Shown here: piece after piece, positions 26,804-36,538 of the stretch
Position numbering within the stretch: the stretch's first letter is position 1
Layout of the letters: every line of letters starts with the position of its first letter
Virus record (IMG/VR): IMGVR_UViG_3300028883_000032
Span: 124,001 to 188,000 of that record
Reading direction: 5' to 3' (one strand)
DNA length: 64,000 bases
Made by a program: the position numbers and the translations under genes
Notes under the pieces: model-generated
Told to the model about the DNA's origin: nothing
The model's database searches: none
What the model saw: the letters and a program-made list of their open reading frames with translations, nothing else

Positions 26804-27166
26804 GGGCTCGACTGGAATCGACGGGTGGATATTGAGAATTGGTTGCGTTACTAGTCCTGTCAAGGACGATAATCCATGACAATCGATAACTGGCGAAACT
26901 CCAGTCCTTAAGGCTGCCTAATCCTTCGGGATTATGCACATAAAAGCCACGTTGACCGAATCCGATTCCCGTTAGGGTTCGAATCAACGTCGAAAATACG
27001 GGATGCTGTCTTACAGGCCTCGCTATAAGACATAAGATTTAGAGGATGGGTAGGGGTGATGAAAGTCTGGTGCCTGATCCCCGCCGAGATGAAATATCCA
27101 GACTAGGTAACGTAGACGCTAATTCTTGAGCCTCTCCGGACCCGGGTTCGAATCCCGGCGAGTCCA
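26804..27166 (+). ncRNA. ssrA: tmRNA, tag (A)GETPVLKAA*, CCA not encoded
   Basis: 5' GGGCTCGACTGGAATCGACGGG; 3' CCGGGTTCGAATCCCGG-CGAGTCC-A; G3.U pair; ATAACT-GGC resume context; tag ORF 26892-26921. Confidence 0.93.
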
Positions 27167-27168
27167 CT

Positions 27169-27196
27169 AAGCCACTATTATTAGTGGCTTTTTTTT
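27169..27196 (+). terminator. intrinsic terminator after tmRNA
   Basis: AAGCCACTA-TTAT-TAGTGGCTT plus T6. Confidence 0.85.
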
Positions 27197-27238
27197 GTAC
27201 TATTAACAAACCCTTAAAATAGATTAGGAGTCACAAAC

Positions 27239-28459
27239 GTGAATAACTACTTCGTATTTCGCACGCTTAACCAAATAGCTCCGGGATTACGGGAGAATGT
27301 TCAAAAGGGCAACCCTGTTATAATATCGGGAACCATGCCACCAGCGGGGGCAACGTGGTTACAAGACAATTCCGATGAATGGCATCAAATAACACGAACC
27401 TGTCTTGATGAATCGTTGGAATTGTGCCCCTCGTTATTTGTATCCTTTAAAATAAAAAATGTAAGCGGTATATATTTTCAGCACCTCGAATATTATGATG
27501 AGAGAGAAATCTATACTATATTGTTTGGGGCTTCTGACGCCGAATATCGTGAAGTTATAAACAAAATTCTAGACGAAGAGCACCAAACCGAGGTTGAAGA
27601 AGCAAAAGAAGCAGGGGATACGAGAGAGTGGGATAACACTATTCTTGATGAAGGCACCAAGGAAGAAATTGATACAAAATTTAAAATATTTTTAGATTCG
27701 AAAGACATGTATGCAGATGAATTACGAGTTCCTTGGAAAATGGGAATGGTTTTTATAGGCCCCCCAGGCAACGGAAAAACCCGATCAATTCGTGCGATAT
27801 GTAAAAAGTATGGTTTAAGACTATCTTCCATATCTGAATATATTACCCCCAATGGGTTAAATCTCCCAAAGGCCATAGACGAGGGCAGTTCCACCGGCTT
27901 AATACCCATCATTGAAATAAATATTTGGGCAAAGTTATATGATGCCAAATATCCTGAATCTCCCAAACCTACTGTAATTGCCGCCGAGGATCTCGACAAA
28001 ACATTATACGGTTCTGGAAGAGATGCCGCAACAATAAGACTTTCTGATTTTCTAAATCAGGTGGATGGAATAAGCTCCACCCATGGAATAATACTAATTG
28101 CTACTACAAACCATCCAGGTGACTTGCCTGAAGCAATTTTCGGGAGACCGGGACGTTTTGACCATGTATGGGAATTTAATAAGCCCGGTAAAGAACAGTT
28201 ACAAAAATACTTTGAATCCCGTAATTTCACGGTAAAAGGTGAGACAGATTTGGCTGAAGTCGTAAGTGAAAACGAGATGTCAATGGCTTTTGCAGAAGCC
28301 CTAATCATTTCAGCAAAAACTACTTACAAGAAAAATGAGTTCACTGATGAGGAAATACTTCCTCTTATTCAGAGGTTAAAAGACCATCAGGAACTTGCTA
28401 AAAAGTATTGCGCTGATATAGAAAAAAGACAAAAGGATGGATTTGGTTTTTCTAATTAA
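27239..28459 (+). CDS. AAA+ ATPase
   Basis: GPPGNGKT Walker A, AEDLD Walker B, LNQVDG, ATTN, RPGRFD. Confidence 0.9.
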   Translation: MNNYFVFRTLNQIAPGLRENVQKGNPVIISGTMPPAGATWLQDNSDEWHQITRTCLDESLELCPSLFVSFKIKNVSGIYFQHLEYYDEREIYTILFGASDAEYREVINKILDEEHQTEVEEAKEAGDTREWDNTILDEGTKEEIDTKFKIFLDSKDMYADELRVPWKMGMVFIGPPGNGKTRSIRAICKKYGLRLSSISEYITPNGLNLPKAIDEGSSTGLIPIIEINIWAKLYDAKYPESPKPTVIAAEDLDKTLYGSGRDAATIRLSDFLNQVDGISSTHGIILIATTNHPGDLPEAIFGRPGRFDHVWEFNKPGKEQLQKYFESRNFTVKGETDLAEVVSENEMSMAFAEALIISAKTTYKKNEFTDEEILPLIQRLKDHQELAKKYCADIEKRQKDGFGFSN

Positions 28460-28464
28460 TTATT

Positions 28465-28743
28465 ATGGTAAATAAACAAACAAAAAATAAAACAGAATCT
28501 GAACCATCTGAAGGGAAAATATACTTTCAAGTATCTGAGGATACAGATAATCCTGATAAAATAAATGTTTACATTAACCCCGACGACCCAGGACCCCCAG
28601 ATATAATGGCTCAGATTTTAGGTAATGCCTCAAATTTTTACTTTGCGGCGTTTCACAAACAAAATAAAAATAAGATCATACCAGCCACTCCGGCTGATAT
28701 GGCAAAAATAAAATTACCACCTGTAAATCCGGGATTAAATTAG
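28465..28743 (+). CDS. hypothetical protein (92 aa)
   Basis: ORF track. Confidence 0.65.
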   Translation: MVNKQTKNKTESEPSEGKIYFQVSEDTDNPDKINVYINPDDPGPPDIMAQILGNASNFYFAAFHKQNKNKIIPATPADMAKIKLPPVNPGLN

Positions 28744-28756
28744 CCCGGATTTTTTT
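28726..28756 (+). terminator. intrinsic terminator
   Basis: AATCCGGG / CCCGGATT plus a T run. Confidence 0.8.
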
Positions 28757-28768
28757 ATCCCTAATTTT

Positions 28769-28777
28769 GGAATAAGA
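28769..28777 (+). promoter_or_regulatory. GGHATAAGA promoter-like motif
   Basis: After the terminator, upstream of the cold-shock gene. Confidence 0.6.
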
Positions 28778-28851
28778 AAATAATAAGTTGTTGGTAAAAA
28801 GCTTGGCATCGGAAGGCCAACACCAACGATAAGTTTTCACGAGGAGGTGTA

Positions 28852-29070
28852 ATGAAGGGGACAGTTGCGTGGTTTCGAGAGGACCACGGGTATGGTTTTA
28901 TCCAACCCGATGGCACAACTGAAAAGGAAAACCAGATCTTCGTACATTACTCCTCCATCAAGAGTAAAAAGAAGTTCAAAGTGTTGGTCATGGGTCAGAG
29001 GGTCGAGTTTACCAAGGAAGTGTCTCCGAAGGGGGCATCGGCAGCTCATGTAGTTGTTATTGATCAGTAG
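28852..29070 (+). CDS. cold-shock domain protein
   Basis: KGTVAWF...GYGFI (RNP1), IFVHYSSI (RNP2), GQRVEF; GAGGAGG SD. Confidence 0.92.
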   Translation: MKGTVAWFREDHGYGFIQPDGTTEKENQIFVHYSSIKSKKKFKVLVMGQRVEFTKEVSPKGASAAHVVVIDQ

Positions 29071-29614
29071 TATATTTGTGATGTTTTGGAAAATAAGGTT
29101 AAAGGGCAACAATAGAAAAACCCCCGTACATATTTTCGTTGACTGGGAAAACGTAAAAGGCGTTGTTCCTCCTCACGGGCGCTTTTCCGCAGATTTTTGG
29201 TACGAAAGGCTTTCCTCTATTGTTGGCAGTGATACCTATCCTGACATGCGTGTTTCCATATATATGCCGAAATATACCAGACATTTTCCTGTGTGGGAAA
29301 AACAGAAAAAGTTTTTGACAGAAATACGAAACCACAAAAACATGAGAGCTGTTCTAGGATACCAACTTTACGACCATTACAGGTTGAGGGAGAAACTAGT
29401 TGACACAACTCTTGTGAGAGATGTTGTTGAACTAGCCATTACCTCAAAAACAAAACTTGTTGTAATTATAGTATCCGGGGATGGTGATATGTACCCAGCT
29501 GTGGAAACTGCAAAAAAATATGGACACCGTGTAATAACGGCGTCCTCATCTTACTCCACAAGCAATTTAGTAAAAAAAGAAAGTGATTTACATGTCAGAC
29601 TTGAGCTACCTTAA
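29054..29614 (+). CDS. NYN (LabA/DUF88, PIN-like) domain protein
   Basis: IFVDWEN, EKLVDT, VSGDGDM.PAV..AK..G. Confidence 0.85.
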   Translation: MLLISSIFVMFWKIRLKGNNRKTPVHIFVDWENVKGVVPPHGRFSADFWYERLSSIVGSDTYPDMRVSIYMPKYTRHFPVWEKQKKFLTEIRNHKNMRAVLGYQLYDHYRLREKLVDTTLVRDVVELAITSKTKLVVIIVSGDGDMYPAVETAKKYGHRVITASSSYSTSNLVKKESDLHVRLELP

Positions 29615-29629
29615 CAGGTAGCTTTTTTT
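29604..29629. terminator. terminator at the convergence of the NYN gene and the RNAP gene
   Basis: AGCTACC-TTAACA-GGTAGCT plus T6. Confidence 0.7.
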
Positions 29630-32600
29630 ACCAGAATACTCCCTTTTCAGGATCAAACTGTGTAGCAAACTCGTTTGCATATAAGTATGCTGGCATGGGG
29701 TCATAGCCGTGTATATTTGTTTTGCTTGCTTTTGCTGCAGAGTCTTGAATAACCATTTTGATGTTATTACTAGTAACACGGCTTAACCAGTCGTCCCGTT
29801 CATGTGGTAAAACATTTATACTCTTGAAATAAGGTTTATATTCTATTTGTGGAAGCCCTTCTGCTTTTCTCTCTTTATTTTCCTTATCAACTACAGTTTT
29901 AAAAACTGTATCCCCCTTTATAAACCTTGAGTTATCTGGAGCATTTGTAATATAAGCGTTATCGCTTATACCCCTGATTATAGTTTCGAATGTACGCTTG
30001 TGGAATTTTCCGTCGTAAACGTTATCCATCCTATCCACAAGAGATTTTTGAGCAGTAATGAAGTCTGTTAATTCCGCTAATTCTTGCGGTTTTTTTGTAC
30101 CAGTACTTATAGGTTCTCCACGAGTAACTATATCGTCTATTTTAACCAGCAAGTCTCTTCCTGGTTTTACGTGGTGAAGTTTTGGACTATTACCATCTCC
30201 CATAATGGCAACTTCCCAACCTCCCGCCATTCCGGGTTTTATATTTATTACCCTACCTTCTATTTGTGCAAGTTCCGCTTTTCCTGGTAAAATTGCCGGG
30301 ACCTTTACAGTACGCTCTAATTCTGGGAATCCCGCTGTCACTCCTCCACCGGCTAGAGCGCTTCCCCCAGAGTGGAAAGTTTGCATGGTCAATTGTGTTG
30401 CTCTTTCAGATACAGCCTGTCCGTCTAAAACTCCAGCATTATAACCAATTTGTGGCAATTTTCCTTCAGGGGTTAGCCCATAACAAAAAGCACACATACC
30501 TCGTTCTGTTTCACAAGTTAGAGGGCTTCTAACCTTTATTAAACTGTTACCCAGTTTTTTAACCAAGTCAGGGTGGATTAAAGCCGTAATAGTATCCCCT
30601 ACTTCTACCACTCCCGGCACTCTTTGCTGGCTTATACGCCCTATAACGTTTTTGTCACTAGCAGATAACTCTATTCCATTTGTTGTACCACAATCTTGTT
30701 CGGTTATAAGCACGTCCTTCAGATTAGTTAAAAGCGCCTTATTTAAGGCACCAGTATCTTGTGTGTTTACGGCGCGATCAACGGTGCCTTTTCTTGCAGA
30801 ATACATGTGGTTCCAGAATGAAAAGTCGTCTACTCCCTCTGCCCAGGATTTTTCAACAGGAGTGGGGATTGGGCGCCCCTTAACATCCAAAAGAACCCCA
30901 GGCATGGTTAGTACTTGCCTAATACTGTCTGGTTTTCCCTGTGATCCAGAATCAAGCATGTGGAAAAACCTATTATCGCTTTTACGCGCATTTTCATATA
31001 ATTCTTTTTGAACTTTCTTGGAAGCTTCGTTATATATTTCAGCACGTTCCAGTGGAGTTTGGACACGGTTTGCTTTTTTGTGAGCAATTTCCATAATAGG
31101 ACCACGAGCACTACGGTCCATATCCAAGTCCGTTATACTCAAAGTTATAGGTTTACGATAAGAGTATTCTTTTCCAAGCTCTTTAAAGTGGTTCATCACC
31201 TCAGCAAACTTTTTAGGATGCCTATCGCTTATTTCCTTCATTATACGCTTAACCGTGTCAGCATCAAATACTAATGTTCTGTCTTTTAAGTCCTCCGGAA
31301 GCTTTTCTAAAACAAGCTCCTTACCGTAAGTTGTACGCCCTACTCCTGTTAATTCAACTTCCTCCGCTTCGTCAAGTTTGCCGTCTCTAACATCATCAGC
31401 CATTTTTTTGAATGTGCTATATTTTTTGCCATCATATTTTCTATCCACTTTTGTAAGATACCAAAGACCTTGTTGAAATATTTGACTAAATGAGCCAATG
31501 ATGGGCATAACAGGATCATCAAAATGGGGCCCATGTTGATAAATGTTTTTAGAAGGAATCATGCCAAACGCTTCACGAACGGCATCAGTGGATACAGGCA
31601 CATTAACTGACATGGCGTCACCGTCAAAGTCCGCATTAAAACCCTTAACAATAAGAGGATTTAATTTAATAGCTTGGCCATCAATGCGCTTTGGTATTGC
31701 AGCTTGTACACTATGTTTATGTAACGATGGAGCACGATTAAGTAGTACTGGTCTGTTCTCCATGGCCAAGTCTATTCCACGCAGGCCAAGTTCTGTTTCT
31801 TCTTGAATTTCCTTACGTGCAGTCAGGGGACTGTGACCACGTTTGGTCAGCTCCTGTACGGCAAATGGAAGATAAATTTCTTTTGCCATTCCTGTGGGAA
31901 TTCCTACCTCGTCTACTCCCAAGTTTGGATCAAGTGTAATGGTGCTGCGAGCAGAAAGATCCTGTCGTTTGCTCCAGACATTACTTTGTATAAAACCTTC
32001 TTTAGGTTCGGACCCAGATAGTGTGCGTAAGGCCCCCTCGTATTTTTCTTTCCCAAAGTGGGTTAGTTCTGTTAATCCCTGTAACTCCTTAAAATGATCG
32101 TAAAGCGACTTACGCACTTCATCAACTTTTATTTTCTCTGTGCCAATTTCCTTATCGCTAGCTAGGCCATCGTTAAGTTTCGATATGTCCCTATAATGAT
32201 AATTAATTGGACTTACCATTAAATCACCGGAAGGTAATGGGTAAACTGGCCTAAATACTGGAGGCATGACTGGAATTTTATTTGTGGTATAGGCTTCTTC
32301 CGCTGTCATTCCTAGTTTATCTAGAGCTTCTAAGTATCGTACGCGCTTATTAAGTTTATTTACGCGTGACTCCGGTGCGGTTTTTAATTCATTTTTTGAT
32401 TCCTGTAATTCTTTTTTTACATCTATAGCACGTAGGTCAGTAATTATTTTATCTATTCCACCCTCTTCCCCTTTAAGGCGCGCCTCATACTGAGGGCGGG
32501 TAATACCAAGCAATGATTGGATTGCTTTTTCATACATTGGAGAAGGCATGGTATCAGTTAATTCTATGTGGCTCCATTTTGTACCTCCATGTCCTCCGGT

Positions 32601-35600
32601 AATTTTTGAGTCAAACAACCCGCCTTTTAAAGTTGCTAAATTTTTACCCATTAGCATTTGTCCGGCATCGTCTAATTTACCGGCACTAATTTCAGATATT
32701 TTTTTATCCGTCAAAGGCATTAACTGAATTTCATTACCCTTTTTTTCACTATCAACCCCGGCGGCCTTCATGTAGGCTACCATTTTATCAAATACAAAAG
32801 ATTTTTGGGGAGTTGGTAGTGGCAAACCTAATTGTATTGCTCTCCACAGCTCATCATTCTTTTGTGATTTTATAGCAGTGAAATCTCTTAAATTGTGTTT
32901 TGCACCATGCGCTAGGAGAACATATGTTTGCATAGGATCGACGGATTGTCCCCCAGACTCTCCTCTACCGGGAGCCTCATTTACATTGTAGGAACCATAA
33001 CTACGGCTTTTTTCTTTATGTTCAACCACATGCATTAGTTTTAGTATGTACTGAGGACCAGTAAATACTTTCGATTTAAGAGGCTTACCGTCTTTGCCAT
33101 CTAATACCACCTCGTCAGGTTCAATTCCTTGTTTTTTAAGTTCGTTAAGGAGTATGTTTAATTTGTCCTTACCATCGAAATTACGAATGACGTAAGGTTT
33201 ACCTGTTTTTTCAGCAATTTTAGCCGCTGCTGTTTCTAACAATTGTGAGGGATTCATTCTAGAAGGTATTCCAAACGGAGACATTATCATGTCTACACGC
33301 TTACCACTAGCGGTATGTGGAGCCTCCTCGTCAGGTATGATCTTAACAACAATCCCTTTACCACCGTATCTGTTGGCTAGTTTGTCTCCCTCCACTAATG
33401 GGTGACTTACTTTCACACGAACTACAATTTTACGGCCCATTTTAGAAACATACATTACTTCCCCGGGCTCATCAAAATCATATACAACACTCCGGTCGTC
33501 ATATAATTTAGACACCTTACGGTTCATATTCTTTAGTATTCTCTGTTCGTCGGTCATTTCTCTTGGTTCAAGGTGTGCTATGAGTACATCACCCTTTTTA
33601 ACTCTTTCACCTTCTTTTATAATTCCTTCCGAATCAAGTTTATTATAACTTCCAGTATTTATAAAGGCACCTGGATATTCAGCGGCAAGCTTATCCTTAT
33701 TAAAAATACCATTAGTGGTTCTATGCGAAGTATAATTGTGCAGACTAGAATGTGTAAACTTTTTAGCAAACGAATCTGTTACCACCAACCCGTCTTCAAA
33801 TGAATAGCCCTTGTAAGGCATATAAGCTACTTGGACATTTGCGCCAAGACCTAATGTCTTTTTTCCACCAAAAGGTGGCTCAGCTTCAAAGTTATTTTTT
33901 GCTAATTCTTGTTTGGCCTTAACTACATCACCCGGTTTAACAGTAGGAGTACTGTGCAAGAACGACTCTTGGTTCATTGGAAAATAGTTATACAGCCCTA
34001 TTTTAAGGCTTTTTGACTCCCCTTCAGGTTTTATATGAATGTAGTCAGGTGTTACTTTAGTTACAACACCTGATTTAATGTCGTCGGGAACATATGGATT
34101 AAGATAGTCACCAATCGACTCATCAAAACTTTTATCGATTAATGGCCGACCAACTTGTACTAGAGGAGCTTCCCCATTATCAATGGTAAAAGCTTGTGAA
34201 GTGTTTTTAGCAGCCATTAGTGCCCTGTTTCCTTGGGTATGTTCTAAAAATGGCGTTAAGTTTGTTGGCCACCCAAACAGAGATTGAGGTTTAATGATGT
34301 AGCCATCAACATCTTTATGGGCAAAAACTTCTGCTTTTCCCTTATTATATCCCCGTATTACCCTTTTTGTAAAGTCCCCGTCATGTGGTATTGGTTTTCC
34401 ATTTTTTAAGACATACTGCTCACCAAAACCAACTCTCATGTTCCACAACTCATGCGGAGAGACGTACTTAATATCACCGTCTTTCATAATTACGGGAGTT
34501 GTCATCTGTCCTTTACTGTTTTTTTCAACAAACAGACTCAAAGGAAGAGAAATCCCCACTTTGGAACTATCCGGAGTTTGTACAGGATCAAGAAATCCAA
34601 TATGAGACGGATGGACGTTACGGGTTTCCATGGTTACCTCATGCATGGAAGGTATTCCTCCCGTACCTAATACTGAAGTTTTTCTCCATTCTGATAATAT
34701 TGAGACTGGGTTCGTTTGAGGAGGTGTCGCACTAAGGTCACTTGTAGTAAAGAAACTTTTTATGGGCTTACTATAAGTATCTGGACTTATAATATCCCTA
34801 ATCTGATCCTTTCTGTCCGTACGGAAACGTAAATTACCTGTAATTTGTTTGTCCTTTTTTTCAAGAAAGAACCCGAGTAGATCATCCACAGTCATGAGGG
34901 ACTTAAATACTAGCGAGTCACGCTCATCAGGATCTGCATCACCGCGTTGGACAGCCAGTAACTTTTTACTAACATCCATTAACGTATCTTTATTAACTTT
35001 TTTGTGTGATGCACCCAAAGTTATCAGTGTTGTATCTGGGTCGACTGCGGTTGTCTCAAAGTACTCATATAACATCTTTTTTGCTTCTTGTGGGGTTTTT
35101 GGTTTTTGATGTAAAACCTTTTCCACAAGGTTGACCCACATATCGGGCTCTTCTCCTTTATCGCTATTTTTGGCATAAAGGTCCTTGCCCCACAACTCAA
35201 GCATTTCTTGGTCTGTTACACCCAACGCCTTAAGAATGTTGTACAGTCTATAATTTTGATTCCCAGCACGCAATAGAAAAATTCCTTTTGTCGGGTCTAA
35301 AGTAAGTTTAAAATTAAAACCCTTTGCAAGATTAAATTGGGATTCAAAGTCACCATTATCTTTCATGCGTGTATATATACCAGACTTAAGGCGCAACTGA
35401 TTTGTTGTTTGGTATTCATTGCCGTCAATAATAGCACTAAATCTTTGTGTTTGTTTAGGTATATTGGCTATTTTTATTTTAGGTTTTTCATCAACAATGT
35501 CCCCTGTTTTTTTGTCGACAAGTCTTAAATGTCCGTAAACTGGAACAGACCAAGTACTACCACTAACTTTGGCTTTCTTTTGGGCTGGAAGATCGTTTGT

Positions 35601-35768
35601 GGGGGCGTCCTCGTCCCCTATGTCCAAACTAATCAATTCCAATTTTTTATTTTGTGCATCAATGGGGTATTGATTGGATATAAAATTACCAATTACATCA
35701 TAAATTTTAGAATTTTGAACATTAGGATTTAATGAGTCTTTTAATTCTCTGTCTGCATTCCTCATCAT
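29628..35768 (-). CDS. rpoBC: fused beta-beta' multisubunit DNA-directed RNA polymerase (2046 aa)
   Basis: beta motifs HPSHIGFLDPVQTPD, GDKLANRYGGKG, PFGIPSRMN, YILKLMH; beta' motifs HIEL, PVMPPVFRP, LLNRAPSLH, NADFDGD, ARKG, TQLTMQTFHSGG. Confidence 0.95.
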   Translation of the reverse strand: MMRNADRELKDSLNPNVQNSKIYDVIGNFISNQYPIDAQNKKLELISLDIGDEDAPTNDLPAQKKAKVSGSTWSVPVYGHLRLVDKKTGDIVDEKPKIKIANIPKQTQRFSAIIDGNEYQTTNQLRLKSGIYTRMKDNGDFESQFNLAKGFNFKLTLDPTKGIFLLRAGNQNYRLYNILKALGVTDQEMLELWGKDLYAKNSDKGEEPDMWVNLVEKVLHQKPKTPQEAKKMLYEYFETTAVDPDTTLITLGASHKKVNKDTLMDVSKKLLAVQRGDADPDERDSLVFKSLMTVDDLLGFFLEKKDKQITGNLRFRTDRKDQIRDIISPDTYSKPIKSFFTTSDLSATPPQTNPVSILSEWRKTSVLGTGGIPSMHEVTMETRNVHPSHIGFLDPVQTPDSSKVGISLPLSLFVEKNSKGQMTTPVIMKDGDIKYVSPHELWNMRVGFGEQYVLKNGKPIPHDGDFTKRVIRGYNKGKAEVFAHKDVDGYIIKPQSLFGWPTNLTPFLEHTQGNRALMAAKNTSQAFTIDNGEAPLVQVGRPLIDKSFDESIGDYLNPYVPDDIKSGVVTKVTPDYIHIKPEGESKSLKIGLYNYFPMNQESFLHSTPTVKPGDVVKAKQELAKNNFEAEPPFGGKKTLGLGANVQVAYMPYKGYSFEDGLVVTDSFAKKFTHSSLHNYTSHRTTNGIFNKDKLAAEYPGAFINTGSYNKLDSEGIIKEGERVKKGDVLIAHLEPREMTDEQRILKNMNRKVSKLYDDRSVVYDFDEPGEVMYVSKMGRKIVVRVKVSHPLVEGDKLANRYGGKGIVVKIIPDEEAPHTASGKRVDMIMSPFGIPSRMNPSQLLETAAAKIAEKTGKPYVIRNFDGKDKLNILLNELKKQGIEPDEVVLDGKDGKPLKSKVFTGPQYILKLMHVVEHKEKSRSYGSYNVNEAPGRGESGGQSVDPMQTYVLLAHGAKHNLRDFTAIKSQKNDELWRAIQLGLPLPTPQKSFVFDKMVAYMKAAGVDSEKKGNEIQLMPLTDKKISEISAGKLDDAGQMLMGKNLATLKGGLFDSKITGGHGGTKWSHIELTDTMPSPMYEKAIQSLLGITRPQYEARLKGEEGGIDKIITDLRAIDVKKELQESKNELKTAPESRVNKLNKRVRYLEALDKLGMTAEEAYTTNKIPVMPPVFRPVYPLPSGDLMVSPINYHYRDISKLNDGLASDKEIGTEKIKVDEVRKSLYDHFKELQGLTELTHFGKEKYEGALRTLSGSEPKEGFIQSNVWSKRQDLSARSTITLDPNLGVDEVGIPTGMAKEIYLPFAVQELTKRGHSPLTARKEIQEETELGLRGIDLAMENRPVLLNRAPSLHKHSVQAAIPKRIDGQAIKLNPLIVKGFNADFDGDAMSVNVPVSTDAVREAFGMIPSKNIYQHGPHFDDPVMPIIGSFSQIFQQGLWYLTKVDRKYDGKKYSTFKKMADDVRDGKLDEAEEVELTGVGRTTYGKELVLEKLPEDLKDRTLVFDADTVKRIMKEISDRHPKKFAEVMNHFKELGKEYSYRKPITLSITDLDMDRSARGPIMEIAHKKANRVQTPLERAEIYNEASKKVQKELYENARKSDNRFFHMLDSGSQGKPDSIRQVLTMPGVLLDVKGRPIPTPVEKSWAEGVDDFSFWNHMYSARKGTVDRAVNTQDTGALNKALLTNLKDVLITEQDCGTTNGIELSASDKNVIGRISQQRVPGVVEVGDTITALIHPDLVKKLGNSLIKVRSPLTCETERGMCAFCYGLTPEGKLPQIGYNAGVLDGQAVSERATQLTMQTFHSGGSALAGGGVTAGFPELERTVKVPAILPGKAELAQIEGRVINIKPGMAGGWEVAIMGDGNSPKLHHVKPGRDLLVKIDDIVTRGEPISTGTKKPQELAELTDFITAQKSLVDRMDNVYDGKFHKRTFETIIRGISDNAYITNAPDNSRFIKGDTVFKTVVDKENKERKAEGLPQIEYKPYFKSINVLPHERDDWLSRVTSNNIKMVIQDSAAKASKTNIHGYDPMPAYLYANEFATQFDPEKGVFW

Positions 35769-35783
35769 TTCTCCCGGATTTTT

Positions 35784-35792
35784 GGAATAAGA
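35784..35792 (+). promoter_or_regulatory. GGHATAAGA promoter-like motif, divergent from rpoBC
   Basis: 16 nt from the rpoBC start, on the opposite strand. Confidence 0.6.
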
Positions 35793-35877
35793 ATATACAT
35801 AAGGCTTTCAAATTCGAGCATTGGAAGCCCGCTTTGGGAGGGGGTATTGCCCTCTTCATAATATACAACACAGGAGG

Positions 35878-36057
35878 GGTTAATGCAAGTTCTAGCAGGC
35901 ATTTCTTCAAGAGTACGGCGTGAACACAACAGGACACGTGTTGATTCCCCAGGAAGGCTACGAAGAACATCAAGTTCCCGTGGGCCGAGAGTGAGAATTA
36001 ACGTTCCTGAAAACGTACACGCAATGTGCTTCCTGCTACAGTAAGAACTTCATTACC
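35878..36057 (+). ncRNA. candidate ~180-nt long irregular hairpin RNA (6S-like shape); alternatively a 53-aa Arg-rich ORF 35883..36044
   Basis: Nested pairings TAATG/CATTA, AAGTTCT/AGAACTT, AGCAGG/CCTGCT, GCGTG/CACGC, CAGGA/TCCTG, TTGAT/ATCAA; AGGAGG at 35872. Confidence 0.45.
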
Positions 36058-36162
36058 ACGGCTATTATATTATATTAAATTACTGGTGTGGAAAACATGT
36101 TTTCCACACTTGCTTTTTTACCTCAAAATGAGTATATTTGGGTAGGAAACCAAGTGTAAATT

Positions 36163-36501
36163 ATGGTAGACACAAAAAAAGAATTAGTAACTATAACAGA
36201 AACAGAGCTTTTACGTGAAGCATCGAAACTCATTCCTACTTCGCGGGTGGGAGATATCGCTGATAAAAGGCCCACTTATATAACAGTATTTTCTGATTCG
36301 GATGCGGAATGCTTTTTAAAATTTTGCATACCAGAAACCATACCAGAAGCCAAAAGAATTGAAATACAGGAAGTCATGACAATATATTTTGAAAACATGA
36401 TTAGCTTTCTAACATTTGGTAAATATAATAATAACTCTCTTTTAAGAGCTAAAAGGTATGTAGAAAGATCGGCCGACAACGGTAATGCCGTTCCAGAATA
36501 G
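36163..36501 (+). CDS. hypothetical protein (112 aa) upstream of the retron array
   Basis: ORF track; followed by a terminator. Confidence 0.65.
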   Translation: MVDTKKELVTITETELLREASKLIPTSRVGDIADKRPTYITVFSDSDAECFLKFCIPETIPEAKRIEIQEVMTIYFENMISFLTFGKYNNNSLLRAKRYVERSADNGNAVPE

Positions 36502-36523
36502 TCGCTTAACAGCGACTATTTTT
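36497..36523 (+). terminator. intrinsic terminator
   Basis: AATAGTCGCT-TAAC-AGCGACTATT plus T. Confidence 0.85.
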
Positions 36524-36525
36524 AT

Positions 36526-36534
36526 GGTATAAGA
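36526..36534 (+). promoter_or_regulatory. GGHATAAGA promoter-like motif (GGTATAAGA) for the retron ncRNA array
   Basis: Ends 4 nt before the first inverted repeat of unit 1. Confidence 0.7.
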
Positions 36535-36538
36535 TTTT

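Noticed and set aside
30084-35732. Numerous short + strand ORFs opposite the RNAP gene, and similar shadow ORFs elsewhere
   Set aside because: Antisense shadows of a highly conserved long CDS, with no motifs or SD.
29628-35768. Intein or intron in the RNA polymerase gene
   Set aside because: Conserved blocks are contiguous; no C/S...HN intein ends or group I core motifs were noticed.
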